Assembly: GCA_963665665.1 (NCBI GenBank)
Contig: OY762428.1
Location: 416,001-480,000, forward strand
DNA from: Candidatus Kapaibacterium sp.
GTDB taxonomy: Bacteria; Bacteroidota; Ignavibacteria; Kapaibacteriales; UBA2268
Direction: 5' to 3'
DNA length: 64,000 nucleotides
Shown here: one piece after another, positions 21,301-29,646 of the stretch
Layout of the letters: each line of letters starts with the position of its first letter
How positions within the stretch are numbered: the stretch's first letter is position 1
The notes under the pieces: generated by a model
The model's database searches: none
What the model saw: the letters and a program-made list of their open reading frames with translations, nothing else
What the model was told of the DNA's origin: nothing
Translations under genes and position numbers: made by a program

Positions 21301-22312
21301 TGGAACAGGAAAAATACCTTTTTCAAAAACAGACAGTATAAAAATTGTCAATGATGGTATTATTGATATTACAATTGATAAAATTGTAGGAATTGCAACT
21401 CCGTTTTCCGTTGATTATTCATTATCGTCTCCTATGCCCAGCACACTGAAGAGCGGCGAAACATTCTATTTGGCAATTACATATTCAGCCAATATTGCAG
21501 GAACTGATAATCTTGATATCAACCTGATTACAGAACCATGCAGTAATTCTCATATTCTTAGCCTGTCAGGGACCGGAAGCAATATACTAAACGAAGTTCT
21601 TGATATTGCTATCGACAACAAAAGAACCGCAAAACCCGGGGAAAAGATCGATTTAAGAATTGTTGTAAATGAAAACTCTCAAACTGACGGAGTTCTGACT
21701 TTTAAAAAGTTCGATTTTTCTATTGCTTACGATCCCGAAGTATATTATCCACAAAATATTCTTGCCGGAGAAAAAATTCCTGTCAATGATATTGTAAACG
21801 TATCAATGGATATCTTCACACCCGGTGATGTACGCGGAAGTATTGAATTAAATAATCACCAGGATGTGGAATATGGTGAATTCGCCATTATTGAAGGGGT
21901 AACAATGCTAAACTCTAAGCTGAGAACTGAACTATATCTCGGACGTTTGCAATTTGACTCTCCCGATAATATCAGCATTGATAATATTACTGAAAGCCTG
22001 ATAATACTGGACGACGGATGTGCTCTTGACAGAAGGTTAGTCGGCAATGCTCCCCCCCCTGCAATAAGGGTAATCAAAGATGATGACAACAGCGATATTA
22101 CTCTGAAATACAATATTATGAGCGAGGATTACTCAAGCCTTGATATTTATGATTCTTATGGCAATAAAATCAGATCAGTTGAAGCCGGATATATAAAACC
22201 AGGAGAATACGAAAAGAATCAGGATATAATCAATCTGGCTTCGGGCCAATATTTTGTTGTTCTTAACAATGGGAATATAATGGTAACAGCGAGGTTGATA
22301 GTATTGAAATAG
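18365..22312 (+). CDS. Large secreted multidomain protein (lamin-tail-like N-terminus, Ig/ASH-like repeats, cohesin-like domain, T9SS-type CTD)
   Basis: Signal peptide, INEY..EWTEI, repeated LDFG/LNFG Ig-like modules, C-terminal IYDSYGN...ASGQYFVVL. Confidence 0.75.
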   Translation: MNKLNYIYTTLAIIVFLSAGIAHSQHYYINEYHNASSASEEWTEIIVVDNDASLANVVLRDNSTSSQWPENWQGGVKFLDIPFWRNIPVGTIIVINHRGNDAVDINPLDGYIEIDAENENFFEKVCYACTPTNWQIGALNIAGSMDIVQLCHTDGENIHALAHSPNYGGDILDIYGKKICYPESISSGESVQILPGDKWYAYEGAYDSGKSKTWAGQPSKGKANSNTAYPNSNFEYLLGKRKPTWMAANADCEINTNSVTINWSQYPMISPSNFINFLLVRIPESVYSGADHPQQGKYYAPGDKIGSGEVVYNGNRRLFKDQYRIEANEKCYYRLYVYRYGRDDILDNNTIESDIARGPAYDMDNFVEVMLEKYEQTSVEILTENGMNEFCEDDTMILWAEVEGADPPFDFMWSHHGVVVADYNEEVDQLQISSGGRWEVEVKSKSGIIGYDTIWIDMVEKAEPIIILPDGTPVINDTTVYICENSELQVYVTEGTEWRWEKDFKLISGASDSRLTIKEEGKYVNIASLFEKCEGTSPVLEIKNYYIDITPDPADLEYHLSVGENVLDQNLKLTNNSYIQYEFSEDDVDLPEYYEIISPDFPIILEPMGEVNLTIRFRPEVPGNFGGNIVFETDCDLEYSYYIYGTSPSQIVFAEFSELDFGLIADCLSADTTLTSSVYNSGVEDVTLYEPIVTEPFYIANPYSYPHNFVSGATWPVKFAINAPASGEHEGTALFPIKIGESIDTLKILLECEIRSPEFSILNNNISLTIPECENSVDETIQVRNQGFFDLTIENNPAPEIEIQGLPLTIKAGESKAMTFTYSLPDGFTNGSLYNYHIEAEPCQAISDIDITVQKKGYNYQFSDNSVIDLDTLVYCSGEINIDDAIELLIEGVSDNSATIVNFEYSTDINNLFEADFTEGNILESGTHPLNLKVTGYREGYFEGEITLSIEPCSERKSFSIKGYIYQPEISIDNTSLNFGTGKIPFSKTDSIKIVNDGIIDITIDKIVGIATPFSVDYSLSSPMPSTLKSGETFYLAITYSANIAGTDNLDINLITEPCSNSHILSLSGTGSNILNEVLDIAIDNKRTAKPGEKIDLRIVVNENSQTDGVLTFKKFDFSIAYDPEVYYPQNILAGEKIPVNDIVNVSMDIFTPGDVRGSIELNNHQDVEYGEFAIIEGVTMLNSKLRTELYLGRLQFDSPDNISIDNITESLIILDDGCALDRRLVGNAPPPAIRVIKDDDNSDITLKYNIMSEDYSSLDIYDSYGNKIRSVEAGYIKPGEYEKNQDIINLASGQYFVVLNNGNIMVTARLIVLK

Positions 22313-22329
22313 TTCCGGTTAACTAATTC

Positions 22330-22515
22330 TTACGGAATTAAAATTTCAAGATATTTGCAAATATGTTTAATTAAATCGTTATCAATTTCATTATGACGAG
22401 GGACAGGTTGTTTCCTGCCGTTTTTAATATTAACGAATATATCATGATTAGATCCATGTCTTAATAGTTGGCAGCCATGCTTATTCAAATATTTTATAAA
22501 CTGTTTTCGCTTCAT
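22330..22515 (-). CDS. hicA: HicA family toxin
   Basis: 61 aa; LRHGSNHDIF and VPRHNEI motifs. Confidence 0.9.
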   Translation of the reverse strand: MKRKQFIKYLNKHGCQLLRHGSNHDIFVNIKNGRKQPVPRHNEIDNDLIKHICKYLEILIP

Positions 22516-22730
22516 ATAACAAGTTCTTTTACCTTATAATCATCAGGAACATCATCCATTTTCATTAAGATAAAAGCTTCTCTTATATTTTCTTCAAGCT
22601 CTTCTACCGAATTTCCCTGTGTCATAATATCAGGATATTCCAATAACTTACCGAGCCAAAATTTTTCGCTTTTCCAATAGATCAAAGTCATTTTGGAATT
22701 AATTTGCTTCTTTTTATCATTATCTATCAT
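22512..22730 (-). CDS. hicB: Short HicB family antitoxin
   Basis: PDIMTQGNSVEELEENIREA motif; 4-bp overlap with hicA. Confidence 0.85.
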   Translation of the reverse strand: MIDNDKKKQINSKMTLIYWKSEKFWLGKLLEYPDIMTQGNSVEELEENIREAFILMKMDDVPDDYKVKELVI

Positions 22731-22801
22731 TAGAAACCCTTTTATAATTTATTTTATGGAAGCATAATACTGATAATTATTTTCCCATAAAAATAAAGTT
22801 T

Positions 22802-23584
22802 CTAATAATTTTTCAATAACCTTTCAAGTTCTTTCAGATAAATCGGGTTATTGTTTATACCATTATGCCTTTGTCCGTAAAGTGTTATTAATGTATCACC
22901 TGCTTTGAATAACTTTTCAAGTTTCTTCGAAGAACCATAATATATCGTTTCATCAATATCGCCATGAAAAATAATCACAGGGCATTTTGTTTTGCGGATA
23001 TATTTGTTAGTCTCCAATTTGTAACTTACAAACGAAGAAGGAATATACGAAACCAATTCATTAGCAAGATCCGGGATGTTATAGTAAGGAGCTTTAAGTA
23101 TCAGAAGTTTAGGATTGTTTTCTGAAGCAAGAAAAGCTGCTAAACCCGTACCGATAGAATACCCGATAACAACAATATCCTTTTCCCTGAATTTTGTTTT
23201 CATCGTATCATAAGCAATCTGCATATCGCTAAGTAATTGTTCTTCCGAGCTGATTTTTCCTCCGCTTTTTCCATAACCACGGTAATCGATAATGAAGAAA
23301 TCATAATTATTATCAAGATAAGTACCGGCAATTTCTCCCCATGTGTTCAAAGCTCCGGCATTGCCATGGAGATAGAACACAAGTCCTTCGGAAGTATCTG
23401 CCCTAAACCACAATGCGTTCAAATTTATACTATCACCGACGGGAATATTTAATTCCGTAAAATTTTCTGTGAAACCGAAATGATAATCATCAGGAAGCCT
23501 GGACGGATGAAACAGATATTCCTCCTGATTGCAAGAACTTAACAACAGTGAAATATAAAGAACGAAAGACAATCTTAACAACAT
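22802..23584 (-). CDS. Alpha/beta hydrolase, probable lipoprotein
   Basis: LLSSC lipobox, HGNAG, DYRGYGKS, GYSIG, HGDID. Confidence 0.88.
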   Translation of the reverse strand: MLLRLSFVLYISLLLSSCNQEEYLFHPSRLPDDYHFGFTENFTELNIPVGDSINLNALWFRADTSEGLVFYLHGNAGALNTWGEIAGTYLDNNYDFFIIDYRGYGKSGGKISSEEQLLSDMQIAYDTMKTKFREKDIVVIGYSIGTGLAAFLASENNPKLLILKAPYYNIPDLANELVSYIPSSFVSYKLETNKYIRKTKCPVIIFHGDIDETIYYGSSKKLEKLFKAGDTLITLYGQRHNGINNNPIYLKELERLLKNY

Positions 23585-23601
23585 AATATTACCTATAAAT
23601 T

Positions 23602-24063
23602 TTACCCGTCAAGTTCACTCAGGAAATCCCGAAGAATTATTGCAGCAGCAATTTTATCGGCGCTGCCTTTAGTCCTGCGCTGTTTTTTCTTCTTCCCGAT
23701 GCTGATCATAGTTTCCATGGCGCGACAGGATGAAAAGGATTCATCATAAGGATATACTTCCAATCCGGTTACTTCTTCAACTTTAGCTATAAATTCTTTT
23801 ATTTCCTCTATAACATCAGTTGTCTGGCCGTCATGGCGGTAAGGAATCCCGATAACAATAGCGCCAAGCCTTTCCTTTATTACTTCCTCAGATATTTCAT
23901 CCATAAGGGTTTCGCTGTCGGCATCAAATATTCTTCTGGGTGATGTAGTTATATGGAACTCGTCGGTAACGGCAAATCCAATTCTTTTTAAACCATAATC
24001 AAAGGCACCAATTCGTTTACCCTTGAGTTCTTTCCTGATTTTATCATTAATATTATTGATCAT
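23602..24063 (-). CDS. ruvX: Holliday junction resolvase-like RuvX/YqgF
   Basis: AFDYGLKRIGFA, IGIP, DESFSS, DKIAAAIIL motifs. Confidence 0.93.
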   Translation of the reverse strand: MINNINDKIRKELKGKRIGAFDYGLKRIGFAVTDEFHITTSPRRIFDADSETLMDEISEEVIKERLGAIVIGIPYRHDGQTTDVIEEIKEFIAKVEEVTGLEVYPYDESFSSCRAMETMISIGKKKKQRRTKGSADKIAAAIILRDFLSELDG

Positions 24064-26333
24064 TTGTCTGTCTCTATGCTTTTTTTATTCTTCCTTCCCA
24101 AAACCGGAATTATAAAGATAATTTCAGTACCTTTACCTATTCTTGATTTTATTTCAATTCTCCCGCCGTGGGTTTCAATAACCTGTTGCATTATCATCGT
24201 TCCAATTCCAAAACCGCCATGCTTTTTTGATGTTGTGAAATATGGCTTAAGCATTTTGGCCTGTGTTTCTTCATCCATTCCTTTGCCGCTATCGGCTATT
24301 GTAAAATAGAAAAAACGATTATCCTTTCTGCATGATATTGTAATATTTCCATTCTGCTCCGGTATAGCTCTAATACCGTTTTCAACGGCATTCCTCATAG
24401 CACGTGTAAATTTTGCCCTGTCGCAATGGAATGTGAAACTTTCAAGTTTCAGATCGAAGTTTATTCCAGGAAAAACAATATCATCAAATTCAAATCGGAC
24501 AGTATTGCATAGTTCTACTGAATTAACAGGTTCAATATTTAATTTATCACTTCTTCCTACTGTTACAATATCCCTGACCCGCTGAATCAGAATATTTGTC
24601 TGATGAATTATTTTATGTCTTCGTTTAAGATTATCATTATTATCAGTACAGCTAAGCTGGTCAGCATTCAATTTAATTGTTGCAAGATTGGTTTGCATGT
24701 CGTGAGCAAGCTGGGCCCAGTTGGAAAGCCTTTTCCTTTCAAGCTGCTCGGTAATATCAATACCTGTAAATAGTATCCCCCTGAAATTCCCCGTGATATT
24801 CCTTACAGGAACAATTGTACAAAGAAGTTCCTTCATATCATCGTTAATTTTCAGGCTTACTTTTCTTTTAATAATATCCTTCTCTGCAAGCGCTTCTTCC
24901 ATTATTTGTTTCATCGGCAACAGATTATTCTGGACAAAATAATAATCAAGCATTTTTTTCAGGGGAATCGCTCCTGTAATTTCCAGCAGTTCCCTTGCGC
25001 TGTTATTTGCATAGTTCAGCTTGCCCATTTTGTCTGTTATTAAAAGAATACCTGATGTGGGTAGTTCCAGGATCTCTTTGAAAAATCTTTTTTGATGTCT
25101 GTACAGCTGAATAAATATTATCAGAAATACAATTAAAATACCCGGGAATAGATAAATACCCCTGTTTCGGACAAACCTGTTAAATAACCATGCGGGATGT
25201 TCTTTTTTCTCGAATATCAATGTTCCGGAATTTGATGCTGCTATCAAATTGCCATTCAGGAACGAAAGCTCCGGTTTGTCCCGGAATGATTCTGAAAAAG
25301 GGAAATAATCAGCCGATATAATTTCCTCATCGGCAATACCCGCAATCCCATTGCGAAAAACAATATAAATCATTTCCCCAACGGGTTTTATTAACATTGG
25401 CTCAATAAACATTTCCGGCATTTCAATTGGCAAAGCCTCTTTGTTATTTTTCAGCCCGTCAATCCCTACAGAATTTAAATAGTATCTGCTCTCGGAATAA
25501 GTAAGATATGATATTAATATTTTTTTATTTATATCGGTAATCACTATCCTTTCAGCCGGGCTCTCAATCCAGCCTGAAAACTCTATTCCATTTTCATTTA
25601 TAACATTTAGCAATGACTGGCCAATGCCGGAAGAAGAAAGCAGATAAATTTTGTCTCCGAAAATTTTTATAACTGCATTATCATATACAGCTGTTCGTGC
25701 AATTAATTTCTCTTTTCCGTCAATAACAGCATATACTACGTTGCTCAATCCCTTCCGAACAACATAAACAGCGCTGATACGGCTGATCTTATCATTTCCG
25801 TAATCAAAATCAATTACTCCTGAATTTACATAGCTATTATTAATTCTCCCGCCGTCGATCCTGGTTCTGAACAATTCTCCTTCAACAAGAACATAAAACA
25901 AATCTTCATCTACCGTCCTGAACCATTGCGATCGCAAGCGTGAAAAAGATTGTTCCAGGGACTGCAATTCAGTTATTGCTTTCAGTTCCAGGGCAGTATC
26001 CAGTATAGCAGTGTAGCAGCGCCCTTTGTCCTGCCATAATAGCAGGATATCATCGCCCCGGGGAATTGCCGAATTAATAAAAACCTCCCCGAGTGATGAA
26101 GCCTCAGCATTCTTCCTGATAATGCCTTCCCAGGTATATAGCACTTCAGAATCTGCCCAGTTCGGCTTTATCATATAAGTACGGATATAACTATCTATTT
26201 CCGACGTATATATTTTACCTCCCTCGTATGACTCGATAAGGCTGAAGGAAATTGGATAGGTATCATCAGCCCGTAAAATATTAACAGATAATATCATCCA
26301 TATAATAAGCGTTATTTTAGCAGTTTTTTTCAG
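24060..26333 (-). CDS. Membrane sensor histidine kinase (periplasmic domain, TM, PAS, HisKA/HATPase)
   Basis: QLAHDM H-box, NAVENG, DSGKGM, PYFTT, GFGIG. Start may be CTG 26333 (AAGGAG 7 nt upstream) rather than ATG 26297. Confidence 0.85.
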   Translation of the reverse strand: MKKTAKITLIIWMILSVNILRADDTYPISFSLIESYEGGKIYTSEIDSYIRTYMIKPNWADSEVLYTWEGIIRKNAEASSLGEVFINSAIPRGDDILLLWQDKGRCYTAILDTALELKAITELQSLEQSFSRLRSQWFRTVDEDLFYVLVEGELFRTRIDGGRINNSYVNSGVIDFDYGNDKISRISAVYVVRKGLSNVVYAVIDGKEKLIARTAVYDNAVIKIFGDKIYLLSSSGIGQSLLNVINENGIEFSGWIESPAERIVITDINKKILISYLTYSESRYYLNSVGIDGLKNNKEALPIEMPEMFIEPMLIKPVGEMIYIVFRNGIAGIADEEIISADYFPFSESFRDKPELSFLNGNLIAASNSGTLIFEKKEHPAWLFNRFVRNRGIYLFPGILIVFLIIFIQLYRHQKRFFKEILELPTSGILLITDKMGKLNYANNSARELLEITGAIPLKKMLDYYFVQNNLLPMKQIMEEALAEKDIIKRKVSLKINDDMKELLCTIVPVRNITGNFRGILFTGIDITEQLERKRLSNWAQLAHDMQTNLATIKLNADQLSCTDNNDNLKRRHKIIHQTNILIQRVRDIVTVGRSDKLNIEPVNSVELCNTVRFEFDDIVFPGINFDLKLESFTFHCDRAKFTRAMRNAVENGIRAIPEQNGNITISCRKDNRFFYFTIADSGKGMDEETQAKMLKPYFTTSKKHGGFGIGTMIMQQVIETHGGRIEIKSRIGKGTEIIFIIPVLGRKNKKSIETDK

Positions 26334-26805
26334 GTATAATCTCCTTTAATTGGCAGACTGAATAAACGGCTACCCCTTCTCCCCTGCCTTCAGGCCCCAT
26401 TTGCTCATTTGTTGTTGCTTTGATATTTACCCTTTTTACTACTAATCCGCATGCATTAGCAATACTTTCGCGTATTTGCTGTTTATAGGTTGATATTTTT
26501 GGCTTTTCAAGAACAATAGTGGCATCTATATTTACAAGTTCTAAGCCTTCCTCTTCTATCAACTCAAGGCATTTTTTAAATAAAAGCATACTGTCAGCAT
26601 TTTTATAAACCGGATCAGTATCAGGGAAGTGTTCACCAATATCATTCATTCCGGCTGCACCAAGAACGGCATCTGAGATAGCATGAAGAAGGACATCTCC
26701 GTCGCTGTGTGCTACGGTTCCAAAGTCAGAAACAATTTTCACTCCGCCCAATATCAGGCTTTCTCCTTTTGCAAGCTTATGTACGTCGTATCCAAAACCA
26801 ACCAT
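26317..26805 (-). CDS. ispF: 2-C-methyl-D-erythritol 2,4-cyclodiphosphate synthase
   Basis: GFGYDVH, HSDGDVLLHA, DIGEHFPD, KATTNE motifs. Confidence 0.96.
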   Translation of the reverse strand: MVGFGYDVHKLAKGESLILGGVKIVSDFGTVAHSDGDVLLHAISDAVLGAAGMNDIGEHFPDTDPVYKNADSMLLFKKCLELIEEEGLELVNIDATIVLEKPKISTYKQQIRESIANACGLVVKRVNIKATTNEQMGPEGRGEGVAVYSVCQLKEIIPEKNC

Positions 26806-26989
26806 TTAACAGGAATCCAGGAAAATTAGAAAAACTTTCGTCCAAAATATTAAAAAAATTACTATAATCCTTGGCTTAAACAGATTTTTTTATTTAATTA
26901 TTGAAATCTTTATTGATTTACATTTTTTCGTTCTGTAAAAGTCATTATTTTTGTCTGAAATATTTTGTCATTAATTTGGATACTCCGAA

Positions 26990-27529
26990 ATGAAATTATT
27001 AGCATCAGTTGTTTTATTTTTTGCAGTTTTGCTAATGTCATGTTCTGACGATACTGGCAGCGGACCTGAAAATGTTACTACAGATTACAATCTGAAAGTT
27101 AATGAATTTGTAGCAGCAGGCTCGGAGCAATTAAATGAATATGCTGAAAATGCAGACTGGTTTGAAATTTATAATGCCTCTGATAAAATTGCCGAATTGA
27201 AAAAAGGAAGCTGGTTTTTCTCCGATGATACTACTCAACTGGATAAATGGGTTCTTCCTATCGACACAACAATTGAAGCCGGTGGATTTCTGATAATCTG
27301 GTGTGATGATAATAATAAATGTGAAACCGAAATCCATACTTCTTTTAAGCTGGGTTCAGCAGGTGAAACTATTTGCATATCCTGCATGAAGGACGGTGAA
27401 ATTCAGATTATTGATTCGAAAGAATATTTCAATGCTGAAGGCGCTATTAGTTATGGAAGGTTCCCGGATGGCAGTGAAATATGGGAGGAATTTGAAACAC
27501 CGACCCCCGGAACAACGAACGTAAAATAA
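26990..27529 (+). CDS. Lamin-tail-domain lipoprotein
   Basis: LLMSC lipobox, VNEF, DWFEIYN, FKL, SYGRFPDG, PTPG. Confidence 0.85.
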   Translation: MKLLASVVLFFAVLLMSCSDDTGSGPENVTTDYNLKVNEFVAAGSEQLNEYAENADWFEIYNASDKIAELKKGSWFFSDDTTQLDKWVLPIDTTIEAGGFLIIWCDDNNKCETEIHTSFKLGSAGETICISCMKDGEIQIIDSKEYFNAEGAISYGRFPDGSEIWEEFETPTPGTTNVK

Positions 27530-27548
27530 CAATAAAATTTTGTATGCG

Positions 27549-27575
27549 AAACCGGGCAAATGTCCGGTTTTTTTT
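27549..27575. terminator. Bidirectional terminator
   Basis: AAACCGGGCA-aa-TGTCCGGTTT plus a T-run, between convergent genes. Confidence 0.65.
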
Positions 27576-28530
27576 ATATACATATTTTGATAATAGTATA
27601 ATCATCGTCAATGCAATTATCAGCAGATTTATCTATCAGGAAATTATACAATTTCTTCAATTCAGATGATTCATCATCAATATTATCCTTCAGAAATTCA
27701 ATCATTTCACTAATTTCAAACATCTCACCTGATTTCTTTTCAATTTCGTATGCTCCGTCGGTGTAAATATACAGGGTCATTCCGGGATCGAGGACTTTTG
27801 ATTCGGCAACATAGCCCCAATTTGGCATTGGCCCTATCATTGCATTCTGAGATTTCAACTGAACTGATTCATGTCCGTTCAGAATTATGATGGGAGGATG
27901 GCCTGCTCCGCAATAAGAAAGTTTTCTTTTACCTTTATTGTAAACACAATACCACATCGTAAAAAACATATTATTATGATCGGACATTTGAAAAGCGTTA
28001 TTAAGCGAAAAAACAACATCTTCAGGGTCAGTAAAATCCACTCCCGGAAGGTTTTGAAATTTAATTGTATTTATTACTGATACTGAATATAAGGCCGGAC
28101 CAACACCGTGACCGCAAACATCAATAATATAGATTGCAAGGTTGTCATCATCAATCTCATGATAACCGTAAATATCACCCCCAAGTTTATCCGAAGGAAT
28201 AAATTCACCGCAAATTTTCAATTCATCGTCAAGTTTTTCAGGAAGGAGCGAGCGTATATACTCTGCTGCATGAGTAAGCTGCTCATCAATAATATCATAC
28301 TTTTCTTTCAGTTCCGCACGGGTATCAAAAAGGTCTTTCTGGGTTTTATCACTTATTACAAGTAATTTTTTCATCTGTTTGAACTGTCGCTTATATTCCC
28401 GCGCAAGAACTTCAAACTCTGAAAACATCGGATTATCTGAATTAGCCCAATCGTTGATTACGGAATCAATCCTGGATATAATTCTGTTCTCTTTTCTAAA
28501 ACTATTTTTATTATCTGAACTTTTTTCCAT
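27574..28530 (-). CDS. PP2C/SpoIIE-family phosphatase with SiaD-like N-terminal helical region
   Basis: GGDIY, DVCGHG, GAGHP, YTDG, DDYT motifs; N-terminal NP..L..Y...KLLVISD.Q helix. Confidence 0.85.
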   Translation of the reverse strand: MEKSSDNKNSFRKENRIISRIDSVINDWANSDNPMFSEFEVLAREYKRQFKQMKKLLVISDKTQKDLFDTRAELKEKYDIIDEQLTHAAEYIRSLLPEKLDDELKICGEFIPSDKLGGDIYGYHEIDDDNLAIYIIDVCGHGVGPALYSVSVINTIKFQNLPGVDFTDPEDVVFSLNNAFQMSDHNNMFFTMWYCVYNKGKRKLSYCGAGHPPIIILNGHESVQLKSQNAMIGPMPNWGYVAESKVLDPGMTLYIYTDGAYEIEKKSGEMFEISEMIEFLKDNIDDESSELKKLYNFLIDKSADNCIDDDYTIIKICI

Positions 28531-28548
28531 TATTTTTCTATATCCGGA

Positions 28549-28926
28549 TTAATTCATTTCAATTATTTCAAAAGGTATATCCATATCTTCGGCAAATTCC
28601 TCACCGCTTTCGAATATACTTTCGTTACCGGATTTGTAATACCATTTTATTTGAATTTCACGCCCATTTAAAAAGCTGTCGTTCAAAATATCCATAATAT
28701 CCAAAAGTGCTTTTGATGAGGATGTATTGAAATAAACCAACTTGAAATTAAAAACAACTTTTTTCTCAGAATTTTTTAAATAATTTTCAACCCAATCAAT
28801 CACAGGATCGAAGAATTCCAAAGCATTTTCCGGATACGATGAACCTGCTAACAATAACTCGCCGGTCTCAAAGTTGAACTCAACCTCAGGCGAGGCTTTG
28901 TCTGCTTTAACAGTTAAATTTTTCAT
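28549..28926 (-). CDS. siaC: SiaC family (DUF1987) phosphoprotein
   Basis: GSSYPENA, YFNTSSSKAL (phospho-Thr motif), WYY, GEEFAED. Confidence 0.9.
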   Translation of the reverse strand: MKNLTVKADKASPEVEFNFETGELLLAGSSYPENALEFFDPVIDWVENYLKNSEKKVVFNFKLVYFNTSSSKALLDIMDILNDSFLNGREIQIKWYYKSGNESIFESGEEFAEDMDIPFEIIEMN

Positions 28927-28927
28927 C

Positions 28928-29491
28928 TCATTCTCCCTTTTTTATTTTTACAGTTAATTCCATAAATGTTGTTTCGGAATCAATGTCGTCAAAAGTATAT
29001 TCAATTCCATCAGTAGATTTACGTGCAATATCGATTAGCCCGAGGCCTGCTCCCTTTGAGTCATCCTCGCGGGGCATTCGGCGCTGTGTTTTATACATTT
29101 TTTTCAATTCCAGTTCATCTGATTTGTTTATCAGCTCAAGCCTGTCTGTAATTTCCTTTATTCTGGTTTTATCAATTTTATTTCCAGCAAGAATTGAGTA
29201 ATATTCCGGCTCCTCCATGAATAAAATTATCCCGACACCAAATTCGCGTCCTTCAATTTGTTCACGTTCGGCAGAATAGTTCATAATATTCTGCGCCATT
29301 TCCACAAAAACAGAAAAACAACGCCTTATTTTATCCGGAAAATCACTCGCGTGGTTATTTATCAGGTCTCCCATTTCAATTAATATTTCCTGGGATAGCG
29401 CACCCTTAAAAAGTAGCAGGATATTAAATTTATTTATTATCCTGTTATAGAATCCGAAAAGTTCGCCCCGTTTCATATCTTTTCCTGTCAT
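28928..29491 (-). CDS. siaB: SiaB family protein kinase (DUF6272)
   Basis: VFVEMAQNIMNYS and GAGLGLIDIARKS motifs; adjacent to siaC. Confidence 0.9.
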   Translation of the reverse strand: MTGKDMKRGELFGFYNRIINKFNILLLFKGALSQEILIEMGDLINNHASDFPDKIRRCFSVFVEMAQNIMNYSAEREQIEGREFGVGIILFMEEPEYYSILAGNKIDKTRIKEITDRLELINKSDELELKKMYKTQRRMPREDDSKGAGLGLIDIARKSTDGIEYTFDDIDSETTFMELTVKIKKGE

Positions 29492-29646
29492 TTTTGCAAA
29501 TCAATTTTTTGGGATTTTAATTAAATCAAAACCCTATATATATTTACAACAATAATGATGCCAACGCTCAATATTAAAAAAAATATCTTATTAATCGAAG
29601 TCTGCATCAAAAACTATTTCCATTTTTAACCTCTGCCTGTTTACAT

